The translations under genes were made by a program, and so were the position numbers. The notes beneath the pieces were generated by a model. It worked only from the letters and a program-made list of their open reading frames with translations, was not told the origin of the DNA and made no database searches. Shown in pieces: positions 24,585 to 37,968 of a stretch of DNA of 64,000 nt. The stretch spans positions 51,150,001 to 51,214,000 of the forward strand of contig NC_043013.1 in assembly GCF_006345805.1 (NCBI RefSeq), written 5' to 3'. The stretch's first letter is position 1, and each line of letters opens with the position of its first letter. This DNA comes from Octopus sinensis. Taxonomy: Eukaryota.

Positions 24585-25768
24585 CAGGGTATGTAAGGTA
24601 TTTGAGGACATACCATATTTGGGTCATTGCTGCAATTTTTGTTAACTCTGTATAATCTTTGTTTCAGAAAATGATAATGGCAGAGCTTCAGATTACTAAA
24701 GAAATGAAGAGGCACGCTGTTATTGTGGTTATAAAAGCTGAGAATAGCGATTTAGAAATATCGCGAGTTTTAAAAGTTGCCAGATCCTTCGTTTACAAAA
24801 TTTGAAGATGGAAACGTATCACCAGTATCAAAGCATAAAAAGCATTCTAAACGCTCTGAAATCATCAGAACACTTGGATTTATTCAGCAAGTTCAACAGA
24901 CCATTGATTACAATCCCAGAAAATCCATGAGGTAAATTGCAAAAGATCTGTATGTATCAGCAGGAAGTCAGAAATGTTGTCCACGAAGACATCAAATGTA
25001 AGTGTTATATGATGAGAAAAAGTCTGTTTGTCAGAAAAAGCAAAATAAAATCACTACATCAGATCTAAAAGGCTCTTAAAGAAACTAAAAAATCCAGGAG
25101 AAGATTTGATTTGGTTTGGTTTTTCTCAAACGAGAAAAACTTCGACTAAGATCAAAATGTCAACAGAACTAACAGATGATCATGTGCAGACTCTTCTGAA
25201 GTTCCAAGTGTTATGCATAAAAAATTTCCTGCAACTGTCATGATTTTAGAGGTTGTCAGCAATGAAAGATATGTGACGCCTCCTTACTTCTTTCCACCTT
25301 AGAGTTAATCATGTCGCCTATATTGAAGTCCTGGAAATAATTGTTAAGCCCTGGATAAACAGTGTATGCAATAGAAAGCCTTATGTGTTTCAGTAAGACT
25401 CTGCACTTACATACATGGCTCTAGTAACACAAGAATGGATGGCTGAAAATTTTCATGATCACATAACCCTTAATATTTGGCCTTCTAATTCCCCAGATCT
25501 CAATCCATTGGACTATTACATGTGGAGCGTTGTTGAGAGAGAGGTCAATGAACACGCCCATAACACCACAGACTCTTTGAAAGCTGTCATAGTTAGAGCA
25601 ATGTCCAAAATGAACCAGGACCACTTGATTAGAGCATGTAGATGATTTAGATCTCATATAGAAGCAGTTGTTGAAGTTGAAGGTGGCTTTATTGAATAAC
25701 ATTATAGAAAAGAAGGTTTATTTTTATCCACATAGCATTTTTTTGGTAAATGAAGTTATCATCTGTTA
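24585..25768 (+). mobile_element. maT-family (DD37D) Tc1/mariner transposon, pseudogenised
   Basis: Starts TA|CAGGGT. Broken ORF from about 24677 (MAELQITKEMKRHAV). YVFQ*DSA...WPSNSPDLNPLDY has exactly 37 residues between the second and third Asp. Confidence 0.9.
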
Positions 25769-25770
25769 TA

Positions 25771-26228
25771 TTAGGTCGTCAAGTATGAAATTTGTAGAAA
25801 AGAAGAAAAGATTTGCTAATGTTTTATAAATACAAGAAATAGTTTTATTCCTCAGAGGATGCACCTATATTGTCAATACACTTTTGCCATTTCAGCAGTA
25901 ACTTGTCCAGCCCGGAACTATAAAAACCTGGCAATCTAGAGTCAATAAAAGTTTGGAAGGCCTGTTTTATAGCGTCGTTAGAATTAAATATATTTCCTAT
26001 CAAAAAGTTATCAAAATTCTGGAAGAAGTGGTTGTCATTGGAGACATCAGGTGAGTATGGTGGATGATGGAGAACTTCCAACTCCAAATCCTGTAGTTTT
26101 GCCAATGTCATTTTTGCGATGTGTGATCTGGCATTGTCTTGCGATAAAATAGGAGTGGGTCTTTTGACTAATCTGGGCTATTTTTTGTAAGTTTCTGCAT
26201 CATTTGGTCCAGTTGGCTGCAGTATATT
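25771..26228 (-). mobile_element. mariner (DD34D-type) transposase C-terminal remnant
   Basis: QDNARSH...EVLHHPPYSPDVS.DNHFF...GLDKLLLKWQKCI; ends in a TA|TTAGGTCG TIR-like terminus. Confidence 0.88.
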
Positions 26229-26719
26229 TACGAACCCGTATATAGAGTGAGTGAGTGATTGAGTGAGAGAATGTCTTTGCTCATAAGTTAAAACAATTAA
26301 GCGAAAGCATGGGACATGCTCGCAAGTGTTACTCACTTGCAAGTGACGGCGGCTATGTTCGTCCGTCGGAGCGATGAGGACATTCAGTCATACTTAAGCA
26401 TGACAGGGGGATCTGACCCTCTTCAATCCAGTGACGAACAACGATTCCTTCTGCAGAGTCCGCCGGATCCAGTTTTCACATGTAAAGGTAGGCAAGCCCT
26501 AATACGACAATTAACCAACAGCTGGGACCCGGACAAGAGCTACAGTTCCGGGCTTGGAAGACCTGGGAACAATAATGACTACGAGGTGATTCCACAGTCC
26601 TTAAAATCTTGAAACTCTTGAACCAGGGACCCTTAAGTGGATGTAGTTTAAAGTCATAATCAGGACACATGCATAGGCACAGATGCAGACGTACATATTC
26701 ACTCACCTATATTGGTTTC

Positions 26720-26905
26720 AAATCTTCGGTAGGGTGGAACTAGTAAATTGCATCAATCTCTGTGTTCAATTGGTACTTATGTTATCGATCTCGAAAGGAT
26801 GAACGGCAAAGTTGTCTCTGGCACATTCGAACTCAGAACCTAAAGAAGGATGAAATGCCATTAAGTATTTTTCTCGGCGCGCTAACGACTCTGCCAGCTC
26901 GCCAT
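26720..26905 (-). mobile_element. SINE family B, diverged
   Basis: Core and head similarity to family B. Confidence 0.8.
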
Positions 26906-26943
26906 CTTGATTCACACAAATGTTTCTTTTTATGTCAACTTTC

Positions 26944-27265
26944 GAAGACGCACGGCCAAGCGGTTAGTGTATTCGGGCCACGATCATTAAGGTCGTGGGT
27001 TCGATTACCGGTGGCACATTCTTTCCCTGAGCAAGAAACTTTATATTTCTAATTGTCCCAATCTTTTCAGCTGGCAAAAATGAGTGATAACCGTATTTGA
27101 AGGGCCATCCTTGACACAGTCCATGTCACGCTGAATTTCCATGAAAACTACGTGAAAGGTTGCGTGTCTTTGGAGTACTCAGCCACTTGCACGTCAATTT
27201 CACGAGCAGGCTGTTCCGTTGATCAGATCAACTAAAACACTCGTCGTCGTAATTGACAGTGCCAG
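26944..27265 (+). mobile_element. SINE family D (tRNA-like head; tail shared with the 60222 copy)
   Basis: A-box-like CGGCCAAGCGG, B box GGTTCGATTAC, CCCTGAGCAAG; the 3' part aligns with 60430-60581. Confidence 0.75.
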
Positions 27266-27424
27266 TTATATAAAATAAGCAATTTAATATTAAGCTAAAG
27301 GACTACGCATTACTCTTTAATAGACTACACGTTTCGCAAGGAAAAGTCTGACAGTGACTTCGAAGTTATGCATGTATGTATGTATAAGTGTGTAAGTATG
27401 TCATTGTTAAGTTTTCTTTCAAGA

Positions 27425-27845
27425 TTTCTTGCCAATAGAGAAAGAACCGGTTTCTAACCTAGATCAAAGTCTCCTTCATTGGAATTTCAACATCAACAAC
27501 AGAGTATTTTTGTTTGTGTGTATATATGTATGTATGTATGTATGTACGGATGTATGTATATGTGCAAATTTGTGTTTTGTTTTATGTATGTATTCTCATG
27601 CATACAGTTGCACATCTAGACATGTTCATATATATTTAAATGATAAACTTCTGCAAACTTTTACAGATATTTATAGTTCCTGTGATGGATTGGATCTGTA
27701 GTCTTCGAATTAGCTTTCCCTTTTCTGGGTTTTGAGAAGCTTAATTTCTCAAGATCGTTCTTTAGGCAGTATGTTACATATTCCAGGGCCCTAATAATTA
27801 CAGGTTTAAACCGGAACTTGTATTCTGGATAAAGTAACAGCAGAC
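27425..27845 (-). mobile_element. R4/Dong-like LINE 3' end (same family as 7590-8400)
   Basis: LLYPEYKFRFKPVIIRALEYVT...LEKLSFSKP; the DNA matches 8150-8390. Confidence 0.8.
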
Positions 27846-28806
27846 GTACGTAGTACGTACGTAAATACGTATGTATGTATATATATATATGTATGTATGT
27901 ACGTATGAGTAAATACTTTTGTGTATAAATATTTATAATCAGTATTGATTTCTTGTTTATCCTGTGGCATAAACTCAATTTAGCGAGTGAACCATCTTGA
28001 TGGTTGAATTGGCAACTGTAAAAATAAATATATGAATCAATGAATAAAGCAGAAGCGGAAAAAGAAATTATTAAAGAATATTTTCCTTCATGCTGTTCAT
28101 CTTGCTTAGCTTGTGCTTTTGATTTCAAATAAAGACGTTACCTTGTATACCCGGTACGTTGGAAATATGACTTTTAACTCATCAAAAATGGTGGATAGAA
28201 GTGATGTTTGAAGCGTTTGCTATTTGAACACGGAATATTCGGAAATGAATATTTAATTTAAATTGTAGCGAGACATTCAGTTCATTCCGTCTCCATTCCT
28301 GCCAGGCTGTCGCCTTTACTCTTTTAATCCTTTGCAGTTACGTAGATTTTCACATAGAAATGTAACATTTTGATGCTCAAAGAATTACATAGTGAAGTGA
28401 CGTCAAATGTTATGGAATAAATGCATTTCCATATCTGCATGGATATTTATCATAATTGTTAAGCGAACGTTACCGAATATTTGAAGAAAAGAAAATATGG
28501 ATGCACAGAATCTGACGATGATGGATTTTAGAATAAACTGATCGTCGCAATATCGTTTCCGTAGCTTTATACGAATACTTGGCTGCATAGGCATACAGTA
28601 TTTGTGACTGTATGTCTATGATTTGGTAATTTGAATATAACCGTCATTGTCAATGTGCGGGTTTGTCTACGTGTATGTATGTATGTATGCATAAGTATAT
28701 ACATATATGTGTGCGTGTATGTATGTATACGAGTTTGTGGCAGATGTATTTGTGTGGTTATATATATATATAACTGTGTATGTGTGTTTAAGTATGTATA
28801 TTCTAC

Positions 28807-28838
<32 letters not shown>

Positions 28839-29282
28839 TTACCTATCTATCGAATGTTATGCAGAACACATCGTATTCAGATGAAGAGAAATATGTCTAA
28901 ATATTACGAAGCATCACTATAAGCAGACTAAAAATGTGTATACGATGTTTGTTTATCTCTACGGAACGGACAATGGTTCATCAAACGGTTCACAACCAAG
29001 TGGAAAATTCGTCATTTTCATAAACCCATGGCCGCGATTGTGACCGAAGTTTACATCAGAGGAGACGGAAACATTGGTTAAGGTGAATTCCCAAAGTAGC
29101 CGGAGATCTTGGAATATGGGAATTCTTCCTTCATTCCATCAAACATTGCATGTTTGAAAACCACACGTGATCCTTTTGGGAATACTGATTTCTGGTGTAA
29201 ACCCCGCCCCCCACAAAAAAACCGAAAAAGAATAAGGAAACAAATACGAAAGAATTTCATTGATAGCACGTCACTGGTAATA

Positions 29283-29445
29283 GGCGCTGGCGTGTCTGTG
29301 TAAAAAGCTTGTTTCCCAACGGCATGGCTCTGGGATCAGTCCCACTGCGTGGCATCTTGGGCTAGTGTCTTCGACTATAGCCTCGGGGCTACCAAAGCTT
29401 TGTGAGTGGATTTGGTAAACAGAAACTGAAAGAAGCCTGTAGTAT
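29283..29445 (+). mobile_element. SINE family A 5' half
   Basis: Head and core match. Confidence 0.85.
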
Positions 29446-29562
29446 ATATCTATCTATCTATATCTCTCTCTCTATATATATACACAGACACACAATGTAT
29501 AGATGTATATATACGATACATATATATGTGTGTTTGTGTGAGTGAGTGAATATATTATTTAG

Positions 29563-29775
29563 GGCGGCGAGCGGACAGAATCCTTAGCACGCCGGAAAAA
29601 ATGCTTAACTGTATTTCGTCCGTCATCAGGTTCTAAGTTCAAATTACGTAAAGGTCGGCTTGCCTTTCATTCTTTTTGGAGTCGATAAAATAAGTACCAG
29701 TTGCGCATGAGAGTCGAAATAATTGACCTAGCTCCTCCTCCAGAAATTGCAGGCCTGCTGCCAAAATTTGAAACC
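29563..29775 (+). mobile_element. SINE family B
   Basis: GGCGGCGAGC head through CAAAATTTGAAACC tail. Confidence 0.85.
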
Positions 29776-30393
29776 AAAAGGAATCAGAACACCAACTGAA
29801 AGACCTGAAAGGTTTCAAGTGACGTAATATATACGTAAGCATTTTCTGTATGCGTATGCTTTAGTCACGTGCTTATATATACATTCTTAAATACACACAC
29901 GCATTATTTATTATGTAAGAAAAGGCGTAAAGAATGGGCTTTACATATTTCTTTATTTGCACGTCTTTGACTTACAGCTGTTTCGTATTTACATTTTAGA
30001 TGTGTACATGCTCCGAAGATGATACTATTTGTTAATGTCATTCAATATTTCAATCGATAAATCGACGGAATGAGTAAACGGAACAATGAGCGCATCTGTT
30101 ATGTATATCAGAAAGAGCTAAGTCTACGATGCACTCGTAAGAAAAGATCTAAAAACCAATATTTATGTTTTTTCTCGTAAACTTACTTTGTGAAAGAAAA
30201 GAAAAACGGATTAACTGGAGAATGCAACCATGGATTTACAAAATCAATCGGGGATGGACTTCATATTCGGTTCTTGCTTTAGGATTACCTGGAATTCTAA
30301 ACAAATCCGAAGGCTTTTGTTTGTCTGGTGTATTTTTATTAACAGAGAGCTTGTGAAGTATTTTACCTGGATTGATAATTCCTTATAAATAAC

Positions 30394-30425
<32 letters not shown>

Positions 30426-30539
30426 TATATCTACACACACCCACGCACACATACATAAACATACACGCACACACATACACGCAACCCACAGACATATATT
30501 GCATGCATCTAATGTGTATAAACATATTGAGCTTTGTAA

Positions 30540-31170
30540 GGCGGTGAGCTGGCAGAAACGTTAGCACGCCGGGCGAAATGCTTAGCGGTATTTCGTCTAC
30601 CGTTACGTGTTGAGTTCAAATTCAGCCGAGGTCGACTTTGTCTTTCATCCTTTCGGTGTCGCTTAAATAAGTACCAGTTACGCACTGGGGATCAATATGA
30701 TCGACTTAATCCGTTTGTCTGTTCTTGTTTGTTCCTTCTGTGTTTAGCCCCTTGTGGGTAGTAAAGAAATAGGTATTTCGTCTGCCGCTACGTTCCGAGT
30801 TCAAATTCCGCCGAAGTCGACTTTCATCCTTTCGGAGTCGATAAATTAAGTATCAGTTGCGTAGTGGGCTCGATCTAATCGACTGGCCCTATCCCCAAAG
30901 ATATCGGGCCTTGTGCCTAGAGTAGAAAAGATTATTATTATTATTATTATTATGGCGGCGAGCTGGCGGAAACCTTAGGAAGCTGGGCAAAATATTTAGT
31001 GGTATTTAGTCTGTCTTTACGTTCTGAGTGCAAATTCAGCGGAGGTCGACTTTGCCTTTCATCCTTTCGGGGTCGATAAATTAAGTATGAGTTGCGTAGT
31101 GGGGTCGATCCAATCGACTGGCACCCTCCCCCAAAATTTCGGGCCTTGTACCTAGAGTAGAAAAGATTAT
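30540..31170 (+). mobile_element. SINE family B multimer (dimer plus monomer)
   Basis: Three cores; internal junction AAAGAAATAGGTATTTCGTCTGCC at about 30763-30787; (ATT)n tail. Confidence 0.9.
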
Positions 31171-31374
31171 ATTGAGCTTTGTGTATAAGTACATCTAGTT
31201 CGAATTAGAAGTGTATTTTGCTTTCTATGTATATTGTGTGAAGAGAAGATATAAATCCAAATCAGTTTCTCATAAAAAAAAACAATGATTTTATCTTTAA
31301 AAAAAAATTGCTGACTTAGAAAACCTAATGTTGAAAGTATTTTTTGAAGCCACCATTTAAATGTGAAGGGATTC

Positions 31375-31695
31375 TTTTATTTGTTCCAGTCATTTGACTG
31401 CAGCCAAGCTGGAGCACCACCCTTAGTCGAGCAAGTCGACTCCAGAGCTTATTCTTTGTAAGCCTTGTAGTTATTCTATCGGTTTCTTTTGACAAACCGC
31501 TAAGTTACGGAGACGTAAGACACCAGCATCGGTTGTCAAGCGATGGTGAGTCGAAAAACAGACACACATACACACACACACATATATATATATATTACAC
31601 ACACCTATACGATGGGCTTCTTTCAGTTTCCGTTTATCATTTGCATTAACAAGGCTTTGGTCGGCCCGAGGCTTTAGTAGAAGACACAAGGCGCC
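31375..31695 (-). mobile_element. SINE family A, headless
   Basis: Tail and middle match family A. Confidence 0.85.
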
Positions 31696-31746
31696 GCCAT
31701 ATATATATATATATATATATAATATGTTACAATTACTCAATAGTCA

Positions 31747-31809
31747 AGATAAAACTCTGAGTTTCAGAAGCCGAAGTGGAAATCCACAACACCATCTCTT
31801 CGGTTATCT
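31747..31809 (-). ncRNA. Minimal type I hammerhead-like motif, U4C core variant
   Basis: Stem I AGATAA/TTATCT; core CCGAAGA; stem II with a GTGGA/TCCAC hairpin; GAAA; stem III ACTC-A-GAGT; GUU site. Confidence 0.6.
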
Positions 31810-32716
31810 GGTCATCTGAAAAACGCTATGAAAAAATACCGTTATATAAGGGGAAATTACTGTGTTATAATTCTGCCACTTATATAAATTAAGATTAAAA
31901 TTTCATAGTAAACACGTAAACATGGCTAGTCATACGCTCACATGTACGCTCGCGGACCTACGTGCGTACTTATACGTCACTATGAAAACGTACACACCTT
32001 CACTCGCATTTTTCGCCAAATATATACGCATATATATACAAACTCATACATACACACACGCGTACCGTAAAAGTTCATACATATGTCTATATACGCACAA
32101 GCACAAGAAAAAAAAATGGTTAAAGGTAACAATACAGAAAAAAACATAAGGAAGTATACAAAGCGTAAAATCACGTTCATATACGGACATGCCCTTATGC
32201 ACTTATACACACACACACACCCATATATGTACATACCCGCATATGTTTATATACGCATACACACACACGCATATACAAAAAATGAATATACATATGCCCC
32301 CCCCCGAAATTTCCTCTATTTGCATAATATTGAGGTCTCTTTCTTACTTGTGTTATCTTACCGTTTTTACCTATATATATATATATATACGCATATACAT
32401 ATATATAGATGTATGCACATATATATATAAATATATATGTATATATATATGCATGTATATAGATGTATGCACATATATATATATGCATGTATATATGTAT
32501 GCATATATACATATGTATGCACATATATATGCATGTATATATGTATGCATATATATACATGTATGCACATATATATATATATATATGACCATATATATAT
32601 TCACTCACACATATGTGCATGTATAAATATATATTGTTTGTATTTAAAGTATATTAATCCAAATCCGATTCTTATGAGAAAACATGTATATGTTTATATA
32701 TATATATATATATATA

Positions 32717-32755
<39 letters not shown>

Positions 32756-33225
32756 TGTACATAAGTGTATGGTTTGTCTAAATGCTTGGCTTTTACAGTT
32801 AATGTAAATGCTTATACGTACGCCTGTAATGCGATATTTGGCGGGGGGATTTCAATCGCCGCAAGAAAGTGTTTGGCTGAGACAAGACCTGCTGGGAATA
32901 TGCAGCAGGGCAGTGTTGCGTCACGTCTAAATACATAAATATGCACATATCAGGTTAATGCAATAAATTATGATTATTGCTGGAATTTTTTTTTTTTTTT
33001 TTTTGCATCAATTTAAAAGCAATATGATGTCTGCTCACAATAAATTCTATTACTGGAAATTATAGACACTAAAATCAACATACTTCTCTGAACGAAAAAC
33101 AAATATGTATATGTGTATGTGTTTCTATCTATCTATCTATCTATCTATCTATATGCACACACGTATTTACACAAGTATGTATATATGTTTAAGATATATT
33201 ATAACATACTATATGTATATATATA

Positions 33226-33635
33226 GGCGCAGGAGTGGCTGTGTGGTAAGTAGCTTGCTTACAAACCACATGGTTCCGGGTTCAGCCCCACTGCGTGGCA
33301 CCTTGGGCAACTGTCTTCTACTGTAGCCTCGGGCTGACCAAAGCCCTGTGAGTGGATTTGGTAGACGGAAACTGAAAGAAGCCCGTCGTATATATGTATA
33401 TATATATATATATATATGTGCGTGTGTGTGTTTGTGTGTCTGTGTTTGTCCCCCTAGCATTGCTTGACAACCGATGCTGGTGTGCATATGTCCCCGTTAC
33501 TTAGCGGTTCGGCAAAAGAGACCGATAGAATAAGTACTGGGCTTACAAAAGAATAAGTCCCGGGGTCGAGTTGCTCCATTAAAGGCGGTGCTCCAGCATG
33601 GCCGCAGTCAATTGACTGAAACAAGTAAAAGAGTA
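33226..33635 (+). mobile_element. SINE family A, full length
   Basis: Near-consensus copy in (TA)n. Confidence 0.95.
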
Positions 33636-33644
33636 ATATATATA

Positions 33645-33815
33645 TATTCATGTTCTCTATTTTCTCTCCTTGTTTCTTTGTGTTTCTTTCTGTGGAAGAG
33701 CGTAGGCTCGAAACGTTAAAGTCTTTTTCACTTCCCGAGCGTTATACTAATACAGTTGTTTGTTGTCTACACCATCTGTCTTCGTCTTTTGTTTTTTTTT
33801 CTGAATTCTCCCTAT
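33645..33815 (+). mobile_element. Family E repeat with variant hammerhead (33686-33721)
   Basis: The 36-nt motif is identical to those at 3147-3182 and 61022-61057. Confidence 0.75.
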
Positions 33816-33824
33816 GTACATATA

Positions 33825-35300
33825 CGAGCAAAACGCCCCCCGTCCAATGGACGGTGCTGAGTTGTCACACATTTAAACCAAATTTTCTCAAAACAACTTG
33901 TCCGACCGTCCCATAGGTCTCCCCTTTGAGAAACACCGATGTAACCTAAATTTGAGACACCAGCAAAAGAAGAAATAAAGATAGACTTTTTTTCTATTCC
34001 AAAGAAAAACGATTTTATTCACACAAAAATGGAAACGAAGTGTTTAAAGTACCAGTAATGATGAGGCTGTTGACTGGGAGAACACAAACATGGTTTAAAC
34101 AGTAAGCTTGGCAGGAAAGAAACGTACCTTTAAGAAGTACAAAAACAACAAAAAATAGCAAGTGCAGTTATGTACAGGTTGACGGAAGAAAAGCAGGACA
34201 AAAACGATGCATGCAAATGGGTTAGCTGGAAGTAAATCTAGATGGGAAAGCATAATGAATTTATGAGAACGTACCTGGCACAATAATAAGTTTATCCGAT
34301 TAAACGTGTAGGAAATCAACTTGGGGCAATTTTTGATGAAAAGCAACAACCTAGGGAACTAAGAAACTAATTTTAAGCTTACTTATTTAACGGGATGTTC
34401 AAGGGCATGGAAAAGCTAGTGGAGCGCAGCCTTGTAAACCACATACCTTGCTACTCCGCCAGGAGCGTAGTAGAAAAGGTTTGTCGAACAGCCAATCCTC
34501 GAACAGCTCGAACAGCCCACATACAGTTGTCCGTGCGAAAAGCAGGGAGTGCTGAGGTCCAACCCCACGACTTTCAATGACTGCCCCTGTGCTTTGTTGA
34601 TGGTCATCGCGAAGCTCAGGCGAATAGGGAATTGAACGCGTTTCATCGGGTAAACACAGTCCGACGGATTCAATGGCATGCGGGAAATAAAAACAAAATC
34701 CCCGGCTCCTTGATAACTTTTGCTTCGAGAATGCCATCCAAAAGTTGGGTGAGAACCAACCGAGTGCCATTGCAAAGTCGTGGGGTTCCAAGTTTCGGAG
34801 GAGAATAATGGGACTTCCAACCTTGAGGCAGAGTTTATGGGGTGGCAAACCCGATGGTTCTTGTGAGTTAAGAAATTCAGTCGGTTACACCATGACTTGC
34901 TCTGGGTCAGTAATTGAATTGACGGATGTGTAGATTCGTTCCTGGACCGGGAGTTGACGAAGGAGGCGAGTGATAAGCGTATTGACGTTGGCATTGGTTG
35001 GCGCTAAAATGGCTCTATCACACAACCATTGATGGTCACCGAAATTAGAAGATAGATCGGGGTAAACTGTCTGACAAAGTTCATCGGACCTAGAATCGAT
35101 CGCAACAGCTGATGTACTTGCACGTACAAATGCACGTTCCACGGATTTATCGATCGCATTCTCACCTGGAATCAACTTTTGTAATTTTTTCAAGACTGTA
35201 TCTACATATCAAATTTGAGCGCAATCGGATGGAGGATGCCCGAGATCCTAGAAGACACACACACACAGACACACAGAACGATTTTATAATATATATATAC
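33825..35300 (-). mobile_element. Helitron, internally deleted, retaining the PIF1-helicase C-terminus
   Basis: [27 protein letters not shown] and [20 protein letters not shown]...[11 protein letters not shown] (frameshifted). 3' hairpin CCGTCCA-A-TGGACGG (33840-33854) followed by CTCG|T. 5' end TATATTATAAAA. Confidence 0.92.
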
Positions 35301-35628
35301 ACACTAATAGTTTCCCGTACTTGTCATGTAGCGCGTGTAATGCATGTGGAGTGAAGCGCATGCATTAATATTGGACTGTCATTAGATGTACTCGTCTTGT
35401 CGATTTTTTTACGCAGTTCAATTTACTATAGATGCATGTATATACATCAGTAGCTGAGAATTCCGTAGTCGTGGAACTGGTAGCTGATGCAGTTTTGTGG
35501 CTTGGTTTTTTTGAAGACCTTTTCTAGGAAGCTATCGGTATGTTTGAAAGTGAGGTAGTCGTGTGCACAGAAATCTGAGGAGGTACGTGTAGGAGACATA
35601 GTTTCATAACCTAGTTTGTTAAATTTCT

Positions 35629-36362
35629 TATTCCCTTATTGCTCACAAGGGGCTACACACAGAAGGGGACAAACAAGAACAGACAAACAGATTAAGTCGA
35701 TTATATCGACCCCAGTGCGTAAATGATAGTTATTTAATCGATCCCGAAAGGATGGAAGGCAAAGTCGACCTAGGCGGAATTTGAACTCAGAACGTAACGG
35801 CAGACGAAATACCTATTTCTTTACCACCCACAAGGGGCTAAACAGAAGCTATCGGTATGTTTGAAAGTGAGGTAGTCGTGTGCACAGAAATCTGAGGAGG
35901 TACGTGTAGGAGACATAGTTTCATAACCTAGTTTGTTAAATTTCTTATTCCCTTATTGCTCACAAGGGGCTACACACAGAAGGGGACAAACAAGGACAGA
36001 CAAACGGATTAAGTCGATTATATCGACCCCAATGCGTAACTGCTACTTATTTAATCGACCCCGAAAGGATGAAAGGCAAAGTCGACCTCGGCGGAATTTG
36101 AACTCAGAACGTAACGGCAGACGAAATACCTATTTCTTTACTACCCACAAGGGGCTAAACACAGAGAGGACAAACAAGGACAGACAAACGGATTAAGTCG
36201 ATTATATCGACCCCAATGCGTAACTTCTACTTACTTAATCGACCCCGAAAGGATGAAAGGCAAAGTCGACCTCGGCCGAATTTGAACTCAGAACATAACG
36301 GCAGACGAAATACCGCAGAGCATTTCGCCCGGTGTGCAAACAGTTCTGCCAGCTCGCTGCCT
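35629..36362 (-). mobile_element. SINE family B multimer with TSD and secondary tandem duplication
   Basis: TSD TTTGTTAAATTTCT at 35615-35628 and 36363-36376; three cores. Confidence 0.92.
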
Positions 36363-37446
36363 TTTGTTAAATTTCTGCACAGCCATTTGCGTCTTTTACT
36401 TTTGTGCCTTATCCTTTTCGACTCACCGATATTCCCCGTAAACGTTATAAGTGATGGTTATTTTTCCATTTCAATGATTTCCTAACCCAATTCTTCCTTG
36501 CGAAACTTTAATACTTTCGTTAATTTTTTTTTTTAAATCAGATTTTTTTTCCTTAGAGGACTTCCAAATAATTAACAGAATCATTTAAAATTTAATTAGA
36601 GTATAATTTTGACATCGTGGTCTCGGTAACATTTGCCGAGCCATTTGATTTTCTGAAAAAAAAAAAAAAAATCCAGCCTCTTAAGATTCTACAAAGAAAA
36701 AAGCTTAAAATACTGGTGGGTCGTGGGACTTGCCCAAACATCAAGAAATTAGAATAAAGTCAGAAACAGCGTATATTCGGTGTTTGTAGGGTTTTGTTTT
36801 ATGCAATTTTGACTTCTTCAACATCCACCTGTAACCTGAAGGTTGCTACAGCAACATAGTTACATAGTTCGAGTGTTACAGTCCCTTATGGCTGTTAACC
36901 AGGGTCTTTTAGTACAGGAAAATTGTTGCGTCCATCTAGAAACTTATGCTTCACTCTTGATACATTAACTCAGAATGTTATACAAAAGGCCACCGTGAAT
37001 ATGACGTCAAGTAGCTATCTGTCGTTAAGTAACAATAGAAAATAATGAACGCGAAATAATAGTTGCTCGGCCTATCATATATATATCAACAAATGAGGAA
37101 ACGTATTTTAGTGAAACGTAATTCCGTAGAATTTAAAATGTATGAAACAATGCTGTAGTTACATTTGTAATAAAGTAAAATCCTTTATTCATTAGATTTT
37201 CGATTACTTCATAAACCACCGTGATTGTTGGCACAAAATCCACATACGTCATTCGTTACGAGTGTATATATGTCTGGCAATGGCTGTGTATTTATGCGTG
37301 TCTTTGGCAACGATGGAAACCTCTACATGTTAGTTCTATATATAATAGCCATACACAAACGAAAGACTCCGAAATAATTTCACATATATTCAATATTCCA
37401 TACAACACAGACACCCCACATCCCTATACACATTCACACACATATA

Positions 37447-37600
<154 letters not shown>

Positions 37601-37617
37601 TGTATATGGATTGATAA

Positions 37618-37846
37618 GGCGTCGAGCTGGCAGAAACGTTAGCGCGCCGGGCGAAATGCTTAGCGGTATTTCGTCTGTCGTTACGTTCTGAGTTCAAATT
37701 CCGCCGAGGTAGATTTTGCCTTTCATCCTTTCGGGGTCGATAAATAAAGTACCAGTTTCGCACTAGGGTCGATGTAATCGACTTAATCCGTTTGTCTGTC
37801 CTTCTTTGACCCCTCTATGTTTAGCCCATTGTGGGTAGTAAAGAAA
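37618..37846 (+). mobile_element. SINE family B
   Basis: Head through the GGGTAGTAAAGAAATA tail. Confidence 0.92.
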
Positions 37847-37921
37847 TATATATATATGTATATATATGCATATGTATACATGGAGTGTGGTAATATATAT
37901 GTATGTTATATATATATAATA

Positions 37922-37966
<45 letters not shown>

Positions 37967-37968
<2 letters not shown>

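Noticed and set aside
29078-29269. Protein-like ORF KSVFPKGSRVVFKHAMFDGMKEEFPYSK
   Set aside because: Short, weak acceptor, and no recognisable homology; cannot be supported from sequence alone.
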